Assembly (NCBI GenBank): GCA_025349965.1
Contig: CP075337.1
Coordinates: 360,001 to 392,000 of the forward strand
Reading direction: 5' to 3'
DNA: 32,000 nt
Source: Candidatus Saccharimonadota bacterium
GTDB taxonomy: Bacteria; Patescibacteriota; Saccharimonadia; Saccharimonadales; Saccharimonadaceae
The position numbers and the translations under genes are program-made. The notes under the pieces are model-generated. The model did no database searches, was not told where the DNA came from, and saw nothing but the letters and a program-made list of their open reading frames with translations. Shown one piece after another: positions 14,758-21,799 of this stretch. Within the stretch, counting starts at the first letter, position 1. Every line of letters starts with the position of its first letter.

Positions 14758-15159
14758 ATGTCATTACAATCTACAGACCCAATCGCTGACCTCCTTACCC
14801 GTATTCGTAACGCGGTGATGGTTGGCAAGAACGAAATTACTGTACCTTCAAGCAAGCTTAAGGTAGTGGTAGCAAAAGAGCTTAAGAAGGCTGGATACCT
14901 TACTGATGTAAAGGTTGAAAGTGCTAAGCCTCGCGATATCCTTGTTGTAACAATCAACAAAGAAGGCGAAAACTCTAACATCAACGAAATCAAGCGCCTC
15001 TCAAAGCCCGGACGTCGTATGTACACAAGTGCAGCTGATATTCCAAAGGTAAAGAGCGGACGTGGTATCGTTCTTGTGAGTACTTCAAAGGGTGTTATCA
15101 CTGGTACTGAGGCTGCTAAGCAGCGCCTTGGTGGTGAGCTTCTCCTTAGCGTTTACTAG
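14758..15159 (+). CDS. rpsH: 30S ribosomal protein S8
   Basis: 133 aa. DPIADLLTRIRNA is the uS8 signature. Confidence 0.97.
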   Translation: MSLQSTDPIADLLTRIRNAVMVGKNEITVPSSKLKVVVAKELKKAGYLTDVKVESAKPRDILVVTINKEGENSNINEIKRLSKPGRRMYTSAADIPKVKSGRGIVLVSTSKGVITGTEAAKQRLGGELLLSVY

Positions 15160-15184
15160 TAGACGCTTTAGGGGCAACCTATAT

Positions 15185-15217
15185 AAAAAGAACCTCTCGT
15201 TACGGGAGGTTCTTTTT
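15185..15217. terminator. bidirectional rho-independent terminator (rpsH on +, coiled-coil gene on -)
   Basis: AAAAAGAACCTC...GAGGTTCTTTTT: a 7-bp core stem (15190-15212) with an A-run and a T-run on either side, lying between convergent genes. Confidence 0.7.
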
Positions 15218-15230
15218 GATTGTAAGATGA

Positions 15231-15722
15231 TTAGAAGGTGAGCCGGTCTATTTCTTGTTGCACAGATTGCAGCTCGCGGTCACGATCTTGTTGCATCTGT
15301 TGTTCTTGGGTATTTGCATCACCCTGTAACCTGGAAATTTGCCCATCAAGGTCTCGCTGTCTGTTTGGGTCTTGTTCGTTTTGCCGTTGCCGCTCAAGGT
15401 CGTTTCGTTTTTGTCGCGTATCGGCTTCAAAGCGAGCTTTCCGGTTCTGGAAGTCGTTCATAAGCTGGGAACGTTTAGTCTCGAGACGAGATATTTGACT
15501 GCGATTATCTGATATTTTTCGATTGATATCGTCAATTTCACGTTGCAATTGGTTTTTTCTATCTTTTTCACGCCCCATCATTGCACCGGCTACAGTCCCA
15601 AGTAATGAGCCTTTTGTCAGTGCTGCCCCTACGCCTGCACCTGCGATCTTATTACCTACAGATTCAAGCTCGCGCTCTTTCTCGCGTAATTGATTTTCAA
15701 GTTGTTGAATACTTTCTGGCAT
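15231..15722 (-). CDS. hypothetical coiled-coil protein with a glycine-zipper hydrophobic segment
   Basis: The start is taken at MPESIQQ (ATG at 15722) because AGGAG lies 6 nt upstream and the longer track ORF (to 15818) would overlap the upstream gene. The segment IAGAGVGAALTKGSLLGTVAGAMMG is followed by ~110 aa of Q/R/D/E-rich heptad-like sequence. Confidence 0.6.
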   Translation of the reverse strand: MPESIQQLENQLREKERELESVGNKIAGAGVGAALTKGSLLGTVAGAMMGREKDRKNQLQREIDDINRKISDNRSQISRLETKRSQLMNDFQNRKARFEADTRQKRNDLERQRQNEQDPNRQRDLDGQISRLQGDANTQEQQMQQDRDRELQSVQQEIDRLTF

Positions 15723-15732
15723 CTTATTCTCC

Positions 15733-16128
15733 TTATTTAATCTCCGGATACTTATCTGGTGCATTACGGCAATAGGTGACCCATTTATCATCTTCGTTGG
15801 GCATGGTGACAGTTTCAATATAGTAGCCCTCGGAAAACCCGCCTTTGCGCTCTGATTTTTTTGTCATTACTTCAAGTAGCTGCTCTTTCGGGATATTATT
15901 CGTAAGGCAAAGATCTTCAATAACTTGCTGCACGTCAGCGAGCTCCTCAATAAGTTCATCTTGAGTGAGAGCGGCGTTTACTTCATCTGCTTCTTCGTGA
16001 AGCTTTGCGGTCAGCGCCGAAGTAAGTTCCGAACCTTCAAGTTTTTTTACTGTACTTTTATGACCTGCCTCATCATGAAAAGAAGGAATGTTATTGCGAA
16101 CAAGTTTTTCATAGACAAAGGTGGGCAT
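15733..16128 (-). CDS. MazG-like / PRA-PH-like nucleoside triphosphate pyrophosphohydrolase
   Basis: MPTFVYEKLVRNNIPS...LHEEADEV...LIEELADVQQVIEDL...KKSERKGGF matches the all-alpha NTP-PPase pattern (KLVRD.IP, EE..E, EE.AD). GGAG lies 5 nt before the ATG at 16128; the track start is 16143. Confidence 0.65.
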   Translation of the reverse strand: MPTFVYEKLVRNNIPSFHDEAGHKSTVKKLEGSELTSALTAKLHEEADEVNAALTQDELIEELADVQQVIEDLCLTNNIPKEQLLEVMTKKSERKGGFSEGYYIETVTMPNEDDKWVTYCRNAPDKYPEIK

Positions 16129-16176
16129 TGAATCTCCAGTCAATAGTTAACGAATGGTATGCTATTATTGTAGCAA

Positions 16177-16815
16177 ATGGAGGATGGTGTAGTGTCAGAA
16201 GGCAGATATGTTGTTATTGAGGGTACAGATGGGACGGGAAAGTCAACGCAAGTAGAGCGGCTCGCTCAAAGATTAGAGGGGCTTGGTCATGAGGTGGTGC
16301 AATTTCATGAACCCGATGGCACCGAGATATCTGCAGAGATACGAACAATTATTAAGAATGGCGACCTAGCGCGCACTGCGTTTACGAATCTGCTTTTGTT
16401 TAGTGCGGCCCGCCGCGAGAATTGGCTACAAACAGGACTTCCGACTCTAGAGCGCGGTGGCTGGGTGGTCTCGGCGCGAGATTACACGTCAACACTGGCG
16501 TATCAGGGGTATGGCGAAGGGCTCGACCTCAGGGTGATTTCACGCATTACTGCACTTTCAACTGACGAGCGATACATGAGTCCTGATAAAATGATTATTC
16601 TCGATCTTGATGATGAAGTAGAGCGAAAGCGCCGCATTGAGTCTCGTGGTGAACTTGAAAACCCAGACACTTTTGAATCGAAGGATGCTGAATTTCAACT
16701 TCGTGTGCAAGAAGCGTATAGGGATATTGCGAGGAAGCGTGGCTTGGCTGTGGTTTCTGCGTCTCGTACGGCCGAATTGGTTGAGGCTGACATTTGGCGT
16801 ATTGTAAATAGCTAG
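16177..16815 (+). CDS. tmk: thymidylate (dTMP) kinase
   Basis: YVVIEGTDGTGKSTQ is the P-loop, with FHEPDGTEISAEIR and a DRY-like ARDYTSTLAYQG. The start may instead be the GTG at 16192, which lies 7 nt after GGAGGA. Confidence 0.88.
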   Translation: MEDGVVSEGRYVVIEGTDGTGKSTQVERLAQRLEGLGHEVVQFHEPDGTEISAEIRTIIKNGDLARTAFTNLLLFSAARRENWLQTGLPTLERGGWVVSARDYTSTLAYQGYGEGLDLRVISRITALSTDERYMSPDKMIILDLDDEVERKRRIESRGELENPDTFESKDAEFQLRVQEAYRDIARKRGLAVVSASRTAELVEADIWRIVNS

Positions 16816-16841
16816 CGAAGGTTGCTTTTTTACTCTATTCG

Positions 16842-16853
16842 TGCTACTATAAA
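16842..16853 (+). promoter_or_regulatory. putative extended -10 promoter for the distal spc operon (rplF onward)
   Basis: TGcTACTATAAA at 16842-16853, about 115 nt upstream of rplF. The leader contains small hairpins: GAGATCT-TGGG-AGATTTT and ACCGC-CTTTAAA-GCGGT. Confidence 0.3.
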
Positions 16854-16967
16854 TCAGATAATAAATTGCGAGTGAGATCTTGGGAGATTTTGCGCTAGAA
16901 CCGCCTTTAAAGCGGTCGAAGCACAGGAGAAAACAAACATCTTGCTTGCCATAACGAAAGGTAAGAC

Positions 16968-17501
16968 ATGAGTCGAATCGGAAAACTACCTATTGACGTA
17001 CCTGCTGGTGTGACAATTACGGTCGGCGAGAGTGAAATTACTGTCGAGGGTGCCAAGGGCAAACTCGTCGTTCCTCACCTCAGCGACGTAACCGTAGCTG
17101 TTGACGCTGGTGTTGCGACAGTAACACGTAACAACGACGAACGCATTGCAAAGGCACAACACGGCCTTCAGCGTTCACTCCTTAACAATGCTGTTGAGGG
17201 AATCACTAAGGGCTTTGAAAAGAAGCTTGAAGTAAACGGTGTTGGATTCCGCGTAGAAGGCGGCGGCCAAGAGCTTAAGATGGCACTTGGTTTTTCACAC
17301 CCAGTTATCTACAAGGCAAAAGAAGGTGTACAGCTTGAAGTAAACAAGATGGAAATCACTGTAAAGGGTATCGACAAGCAACTTGTTGGCCAGACTGCAG
17401 CTGAAATCCGTGCACTTAAGAAGCCTGAACCATACAAGGGTAAGGGTATTAAGTATGCTGACGAAGTTATTCTTCGCAAGGCTGGAAAGGCAGGTAAGTA
17501 A
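16968..17501 (+). CDS. rplF: 50S ribosomal protein L6
   Basis: 177 aa. MSRIGKLPIDVPAGV... Confidence 0.97.
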   Translation: MSRIGKLPIDVPAGVTITVGESEITVEGAKGKLVVPHLSDVTVAVDAGVATVTRNNDERIAKAQHGLQRSLLNNAVEGITKGFEKKLEVNGVGFRVEGGGQELKMALGFSHPVIYKAKEGVQLEVNKMEITVKGIDKQLVGQTAAEIRALKKPEPYKGKGIKYADEVILRKAGKAGK

Positions 17502-17503
17502 TC

Positions 17504-17857
17504 ATGGCTAACCTTGGTAAAAAACTACTTAACCAGCGCCTTCGCGCAGCACGTGTTCGTGCAAAGATTTCTGGTACTGCTGAGCGCCCACGTCTTACAG
17601 TAACGATCTCAAACACACACGTCAGCGCACAGCTTATCGATGATGTAAAGGGTCACACTGTTGCAGCTGCAACAACTGTTGGCACTAAGCTTACCGGTAC
17701 TATGACTGAACGCGCTGCGGCAGTTGGTACTGATATTGCAAAGAAGGCCAAGAAAGCAAAAATCACCGCTGTTGTGTTTGACCGCAACGGACGTAAGTAC
17801 GCAAAGCGTCTCGCTGCACTTGCAGATGCTGCACGTAAGGAAGGACTAGAGTTCTAA
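17504..17857 (+). CDS. rplR: 50S ribosomal protein L18
   Basis: 117 aa. RPRLTVTISNTHVSAQLIDD...FDRNGRKYAKRLAALADAARKEGLEF. Confidence 0.96.
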   Translation: MANLGKKLLNQRLRAARVRAKISGTAERPRLTVTISNTHVSAQLIDDVKGHTVAAATTVGTKLTGTMTERAAAVGTDIAKKAKKAKITAVVFDRNGRKYAKRLAALADAARKEGLEF

Positions 17858-17858
17858 T

Positions 17859-18461
17859 ATGGCTGAACAAGCACAAGCTCAGGCGGCTCCAACTCAAGCA
17901 CCTCGCGCGCCACGTGGCAACGGTCCACAGGGGCGTGGCCAAGGTCGCGGACGCCGTGATCAGGCTCCACAAGAGCCAAAGCAATTTGAAGAAGTAGTAA
18001 TCAACATCGACCGTGTGTCACGTGTGGTAAAGGGTGGACGTCGTTTCCGCTTTAAGGCACTCGTTGTTGTGGGCGACCGCAAGAACAAGGTTGGTGTGGG
18101 TGTTGCAAAGGGCGCTGACGTACAGACTGCTGTACAGAAGGCAACTGATGTAGCTAAGAAGAATCTTATTACTTTCCCACTTGTAAACGGTACCATTCCA
18201 CACGACAACGAAATCAAGTACTCAGGTGCTCGCGTGCTTCTTAAGCCAGCTGCTCCAGGTACTGGTATCATCGCCGGTGGTGTTATCCGTTCTATCATTG
18301 GTACAACTGGTATTACAAATCTGCTTTCAAAGTCACTCAACTCAACAAACAAGGTAAACATCGCGTATGCTACTATTGAAGCACTTCGCGCACTTGTTCC
18401 TAAGGAAGAATGGCTCAACGCTCCAGCACCTAAGAAGGCTGCAAAGAAGGAGGCTAAGTAA
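17859..18461 (+). CDS. rpsE: 30S ribosomal protein S5 with a ~45-aa Q/A/P/RG-rich N-terminal extension
   Basis: 200 aa. The core reads INIDRVSRVVKGGRRFRFKALVVVGD. The extension reads MAEQAQAQAAPTQAPRAPRGNGPQGRGQGRGRRDQAPQEPK. Confidence 0.95.
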   Translation: MAEQAQAQAAPTQAPRAPRGNGPQGRGQGRGRRDQAPQEPKQFEEVVINIDRVSRVVKGGRRFRFKALVVVGDRKNKVGVGVAKGADVQTAVQKATDVAKKNLITFPLVNGTIPHDNEIKYSGARVLLKPAAPGTGIIAGGVIRSIIGTTGITNLLSKSLNSTNKVNIAYATIEALRALVPKEEWLNAPAPKKAAKKEAK

Positions 18462-18943
18462 TGACTAAGTACAACGAACTTCTCGTAGAAGCTAATAAGA
18501 GCAAAAAGCGCGTTGGTCGTGGTATTGCTGCTGGTCAGGGTAAAACTGCTGGTCGCGGTACTAAGGGTCAAAAGTCTCGTACTGGTAAGAAGCTTAACGC
18601 TACTTTCCAGGGTGGACAACGCGGTATTGTACTTTCTGTGCCAAAGGCACGCGGGTTTAAGAGCCTTCGTACTCCTGCGCAGGTTGTGTACCTCGATACA
18701 CTGAACGGTTTTGAAGGAAAGACTGTTGATAACATGACTCTCTTTGAACAGGGATTCATCGCAACTCCATTCCACACCGTTAAGGTAATTACTCGTGGTG
18801 AACTTTCTAAGGCACTTACCGTAAAGGTAGCTGGTGCAAGTAAGTCATCACAGGAAGCGATTGCAAAGGCTGGCGGTTCTTTTGAAAAGACTGCTGTGCC
18901 GCTTAAGCAAAGCGCAAAGGCTGCGGAAGCGGCTGAGAAGTAA
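18461..18943 (+). CDS. rplO: 50S ribosomal protein L15
   Basis: 160 aa. KKRVGRGIAAGQGKTAGRGTKGQKSR. It starts at the rpsE stop (TAATG), leaving no room for rpmD. Confidence 0.96.
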   Translation: MTKYNELLVEANKSKKRVGRGIAAGQGKTAGRGTKGQKSRTGKKLNATFQGGQRGIVLSVPKARGFKSLRTPAQVVYLDTLNGFEGKTVDNMTLFEQGFIATPFHTVKVITRGELSKALTVKVAGASKSSQEAIAKAGGSFEKTAVPLKQSAKAAEAAEK

Positions 18944-18968
18944 GGCTGAACAGGGAAGTTTCCTTGTT

Positions 18969-19003
18969 AAAAATACCCCGTCGGCTTGACGGGGTATTTT
19001 TTT
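18969..19003 (+). terminator. rho-independent terminator after rplO
   Basis: Perfect 10-bp stem ATACCCCGTC/GACGGGGTAT (18973-18997) followed by T7. Confidence 0.8.
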
Positions 19004-19090
19004 ATTGACGTAATTGCTGTCTTGGTGGTGGTGTTCTCTTTTTTTGCTAAATCAAAATATATATAAAAAGTGTATGTATTACGATTATAG

Positions 19091-19113
19091 AAAAAACTCC
19101 ACAAGGGTGGAGT
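19091..19113 (-). terminator. rho-independent terminator for the small high-GC ORF
   Basis: Stem ACTCCAC/GTGGAGT (19096-19113) preceded on the + strand by A6, which gives a U-run after the hairpin on the minus strand. Confidence 0.6.
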
Positions 19114-19132
19114 TCGGGCGACTTTGAATGTG

Positions 19133-19179
19133 CCTTTGTGGCCCCTACCGCTTACTACAGCGTATCGGGGCCACAAAGG
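19133..19179 (-). other. 13-bp perfect inverted repeat immediately 3' of the small high-GC ORF
   Basis: CCTTTGTGGCCCC (19133-19145) pairs with GGGGCCACAAAGG (19167-19179) across a 21-nt loop that has further internal pairing. It lies 14 nt downstream of the ORF stop on the minus strand. Confidence 0.6.
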
Positions 19180-19192
19180 GTGTCGTTGGAGG

Positions 19193-19456
19193 TTAGGCGA
19201 CCCCGAGCGCCGAGTGGCGAACACTCTCGCGGATGGGGCCATCGTTCGGATCGAGCTCGAAGCTCGAGACCTCGTTGAGCCGACGCGTATTGGTGGCGAT
19301 CTTGTGCGTCTCGCCCTTGCCGATGTGGCGGACCTTCCGGTCGTGGCTGTCCTGCTTCTTGCGCAGGTTGCCACGGTTGCGTCCGTGCTTGGTGTAGGCG
19401 GGTTTCTCGCTCAGGGCGTGGCGCGACTCTCGTGCGGTCTTATCGGTACGCGACAT
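19193..19456 (-). CDS. small (87 aa) highly basic orphan protein encoded in a high-GC island
   Basis: The hand-counted third-codon-position G+C (GC3) in this frame is 74/87 (85%). GAGAGAGGAAG SD lies 6 nt upstream of the ATG, and a hairpin plus terminator lie downstream. The sequence MSRTDKTARESRHALSEKPAYTKHGRNRGNLRKKQDSHDRK... matches no family I recognise. Confidence 0.65.
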   Translation of the reverse strand: MSRTDKTARESRHALSEKPAYTKHGRNRGNLRKKQDSHDRKVRHIGKGETHKIATNTRRLNEVSSFELDPNDGPIRESVRHSALGVA

Positions 19457-19645
19457 TGCGCACTTCCTCTCTCATTGTTGATGTACAACGACAGTTCACT
19501 CTTTAATGAACGTAGAATAGATTATAGCATAAATATCAAATAAAGTCAATATCTACCCCTTGAATAAAAAATAGTGTAGTATAGAAGAAGTAATTGAGTA
19601 ATCTTTTCGGGGTATTTCTGAAAAAACTAAAAGGTTGAGTGACTG

Positions 19646-21061
19646 ATGAACTGGAAAACAATTTTCAAATCATTTAAGAATCGAGATATGCAGCGTCGAC
19701 TGCTAACTGTTCTTGGTATTATTATTGCATATCGTCTGTTGGCGCATGTTCCCGTGCCTATTGCAGAGCCAACGCAGCTACGTGAAGTAATTAATGGCGT
19801 TATTGGTGGAACTGACTTTGGTGGATTCCTCAATCTTCTTTCGGGTGGTGCGCTTGCGAGCTTCTCTATTGTGCTCGTAGGACTTACCCCGTTCATTACG
19901 GCGTCTATTATCTCGCAACTCCTCACCAAGGCTATTCCGCGCCTTGAAGAACTCAATAAAGACGGTGAATCAGGACGACGCAAGATTAACCAGTGGACTC
20001 GTCTTGCAACAGTACCGCTCGCGATTGTCCAGTCGATTGCCTTTATCTTTATCCTTCGCCAGACAGTGCTAGCGGGCAATACAACAGTGCTTGCAGACCC
20101 GACTGCGCTTGAATGGATTGTATCTGTTGGAACTATGACCGCAGGTGCCGTGCTTCTTATGTGGCTCGGCGAGCTCATTACCGAACAGGGTGTTGGTAAT
20201 GGTATTAGCCTTCTTATCTTCGCGGGTATTATTAGCCAGCTTCCATCTATGCTTTCGTCATTCGGCACGGCGTTATTTGACACAAGCAAGGGTGCCCTTA
20301 ATGTTTTCAACTGGTTTACCGTTCCTGTTAATCCCACTATATTCTGGGTAGTTCTGGCGCTGTTATTGGTGTCGCTGATGTTGCTCTATTTCCTTGTGAA
20401 GATTAATGAAGCACAGCGTGTCATTACTATTAATTACGCGAAGCGTGTTCATGGCAATAGTAGCTATGGTGGCGTAAAAAGCATCCTTCCAGTGAAGCTT
20501 ATCGCAGCTGGTGTGATTCCTGTGATTTTCGCGGTTGCGTTCTTATCACTCCCCGCATTCATTGGACAGGTATTGAAGGCGTCCGGCAACGAAGCGTATG
20601 CCGCGCTCGCGAACAACCTCATTACATGGTTCCAGGCTCCAAACCCAGGTGCATTTACCGGGTCTGAATGGCAGGCATTTATCTATCCAGCAACATACTT
20701 TGTTCTTGTTCTTGTATTTACCTACTTCTATACGGGTATTGTATTCAACTCAAGTGAAATCTCTGAGAATCTTCAAAAGCAAGGCGGGTTTATTGAAGGT
20801 GTTCGGCCTGGAAAGCAAACCGAGAAATACCTCTCTGGTACCATGAATCGTCTCCTTCTTTTCGGATCAGTCGTACTTGGGTTCATTGCAGTTACGCCGT
20901 TTATTATTGAGTACTTCCTTGCGCAGTTCGCTGGAATTACCAATACGAATCTTTCAATTGGTGGTACTGGACTCTTGATTGTTGTGTCTGTAGGCCTTGA
21001 ATCACTTCGTCAAATCAACTCGCGTGCGTTGATGGTGACGTATGATGATTATGACCGGTAG
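19646..21061 (+). CDS. secY: preprotein translocase subunit SecY
   Basis: 471 aa with 10 hydrophobic segments. RLLTVLGIIIAYRLLAHVPVP...GELITEQGVGNGISLLIF is typical SecY. Confidence 0.97.
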   Translation: MNWKTIFKSFKNRDMQRRLLTVLGIIIAYRLLAHVPVPIAEPTQLREVINGVIGGTDFGGFLNLLSGGALASFSIVLVGLTPFITASIISQLLTKAIPRLEELNKDGESGRRKINQWTRLATVPLAIVQSIAFIFILRQTVLAGNTTVLADPTALEWIVSVGTMTAGAVLLMWLGELITEQGVGNGISLLIFAGIISQLPSMLSSFGTALFDTSKGALNVFNWFTVPVNPTIFWVVLALLLVSLMLLYFLVKINEAQRVITINYAKRVHGNSSYGGVKSILPVKLIAAGVIPVIFAVAFLSLPAFIGQVLKASGNEAYAALANNLITWFQAPNPGAFTGSEWQAFIYPATYFVLVLVFTYFYTGIVFNSSEISENLQKQGGFIEGVRPGKQTEKYLSGTMNRLLLFGSVVLGFIAVTPFIIEYFLAQFAGITNTNLSIGGTGLLIVVSVGLESLRQINSRALMVTYDDYDR

Positions 21062-21152
21062 GGAATAATCCTACAAACGCGACTCGTCCGGTATGATTAT
21101 GACCGGTAGGGAATAATCCTACAAACGCGACTCGTCCGGTATGATTACGACC
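21045..21152. repeat. perfect 48-bp tandem duplication (2.25 copies) spanning the secY stop codon
   Basis: 21045-21092 is identical to 21093-21140 (ATGATTATGACCGGTAGGGAATAATCCTACAAACGCGACTCGTCCGGT). A 12-nt partial third copy follows at 21141-21152 (ATGATTACGACC, 1 mismatch). Confidence 0.95.
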
Positions 21153-21185
21153 ACTAACGGGCACTTGCAATTCATGGCATTCTCG

Positions 21186-21215
21186 ATCCGCTCCACTGGA
21201 GCGGATTTACTTTTT
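21186..21215 (+). terminator. rho-independent terminator downstream of secY and the repeats
   Basis: Stem ATCCGCTCC/GGAGCGGAT (21186-21206, 3-nt loop) followed by TTTACTTTTT. Confidence 0.65.
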
Positions 21216-21224
21216 AGGAAAAAA

Positions 21225-21233
21225 TGATATACT
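21225..21233 (+). promoter_or_regulatory. putative extended -10 promoter for the 152-aa high-GC ORF
   Basis: TGaTATACT at 21225-21233. The 8-bp hairpin CACCTATC/GATAGGTG (21249-21270) lies in the leader. Confidence 0.3.
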
Positions 21234-21303
21234 ATAGTTATTCTAGTACACCTATCTCCGCCGATAGGTGGAGAGATGAATTTGACAGAGGATGTGATGT
21301 GGT

Positions 21304-21762
21304 ATGCCGTCAATTGACGAACGTATTCGACGCGAGGCGAGAAGGCACCGTCGGCGAATCGCACAGGAGAAAGAGCTTGCTCATCAGGCGCTTCGTGAAT
21401 TCGTTTACGATGATGTCCAGAACATGAGGGGGCGCTCCATCGATCTGGGTATCGAGGTGGACGCTGCGGCTCACTGGCTGCACATGAAGAACTACGACGA
21501 TACCTACAAGGACTGGAGTCCACGCTCGAAGCAGCAACGGACGCGTCTGCGGATTGAGTCTCTGCTTGAACTCGCCGAGAGCACGCCGGTGCTCCTCAAG
21601 GAGTATGAGCAGGCGCTGAGCCGCTACTTTCCGATCCGTTGGAAGGGATACGTCTGGAATCCGCAACTCATCATCGTCGACTTGCCATCCGGCAAGCAGC
21701 GTATCTCTATGGAGTACCGCTGGCGACGACAGAAGAGTGCGAGTGCGGACAATGCCGGCTAA
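21304..21762 (+). CDS. orphan 152-aa Arg-rich protein in the second elevated-GC island
   Basis: This is the first ATG after the in-frame TGA at 21295-21297. The hand-counted GC3 is about 105/152 (69%) in this frame. The overlapping minus-strand ORFs look like shadow frames. I recognise no family. Confidence 0.55.
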   Translation: MPSIDERIRREARRHRRRIAQEKELAHQALREFVYDDVQNMRGRSIDLGIEVDAAAHWLHMKNYDDTYKDWSPRSKQQRTRLRIESLLELAESTPVLLKEYEQALSRYFPIRWKGYVWNPQLIIVDLPSGKQRISMEYRWRRQKSASADNAG

Positions 21763-21768
21763 CGTGGT

Positions 21769-21795
21769 ACCGGTAGGGTCAGAATTCATCCTCTG
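21769..21795. repeat. third copy of the ACCGGTAGGG core, with a partially similar extension
   Basis: ACCGGTAGGG at 21769-21778 is identical to 21054-21063 and 21102-21111. The following GAATTCATCCT resembles the GAATAATCCT that follows the other two copies. Confidence 0.6.
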
Positions 21796-21799
21796 TCCC

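Noticed and set aside
17960-18775. 271-aa minus-strand ORF
   Set aside because: It is antisense to rpsE and rplO, which are confidently identified. It has no SD or promoter context, so it is a shadow ORF.
19083-19526. GATTATAG on both sides of the first high-GC island, as possible target-site duplication
   Set aside because: It is only 8 nt, lies in AT-rich DNA, is not positioned at the compositional boundaries, and has no extended flanking similarity.
18967-19543. Alternative ORFs in the first high-GC island (18967..19374 -, 135 aa; 19124..19543 +, 139 aa)
   Set aside because: High-GC DNA yields long spurious frames. Only the 19193..19456 minus frame combines a GC3 of ~85% with an appropriately spaced SD and downstream hairpin/terminator. 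The 135-aa frame runs through the terminator structures into AT-rich DNA.
19627-20337. 236-aa minus-strand ORF
   Set aside because: It is antisense to the 5' half of secY. The secY translation is clearly genuine.
21045-21152. Possible CRISPR array or minisatellite
   Set aside because: There are only 2.25 directly abutting copies with no spacers, and no cas genes are in the window. It is a simple tandem duplication.
21119-21789. Minus-strand ORFs 21119..21523 (134 aa) and 21310..21789 (159 aa) in the second island
   Set aside because: They overlap the plus-strand 152-aa ORF, which has the GC3 enrichment and an upstream promoter-like box. The 134-aa frame also runs across the secY terminator and the tandem repeat. 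This is not fully excluded and would need homology evidence.
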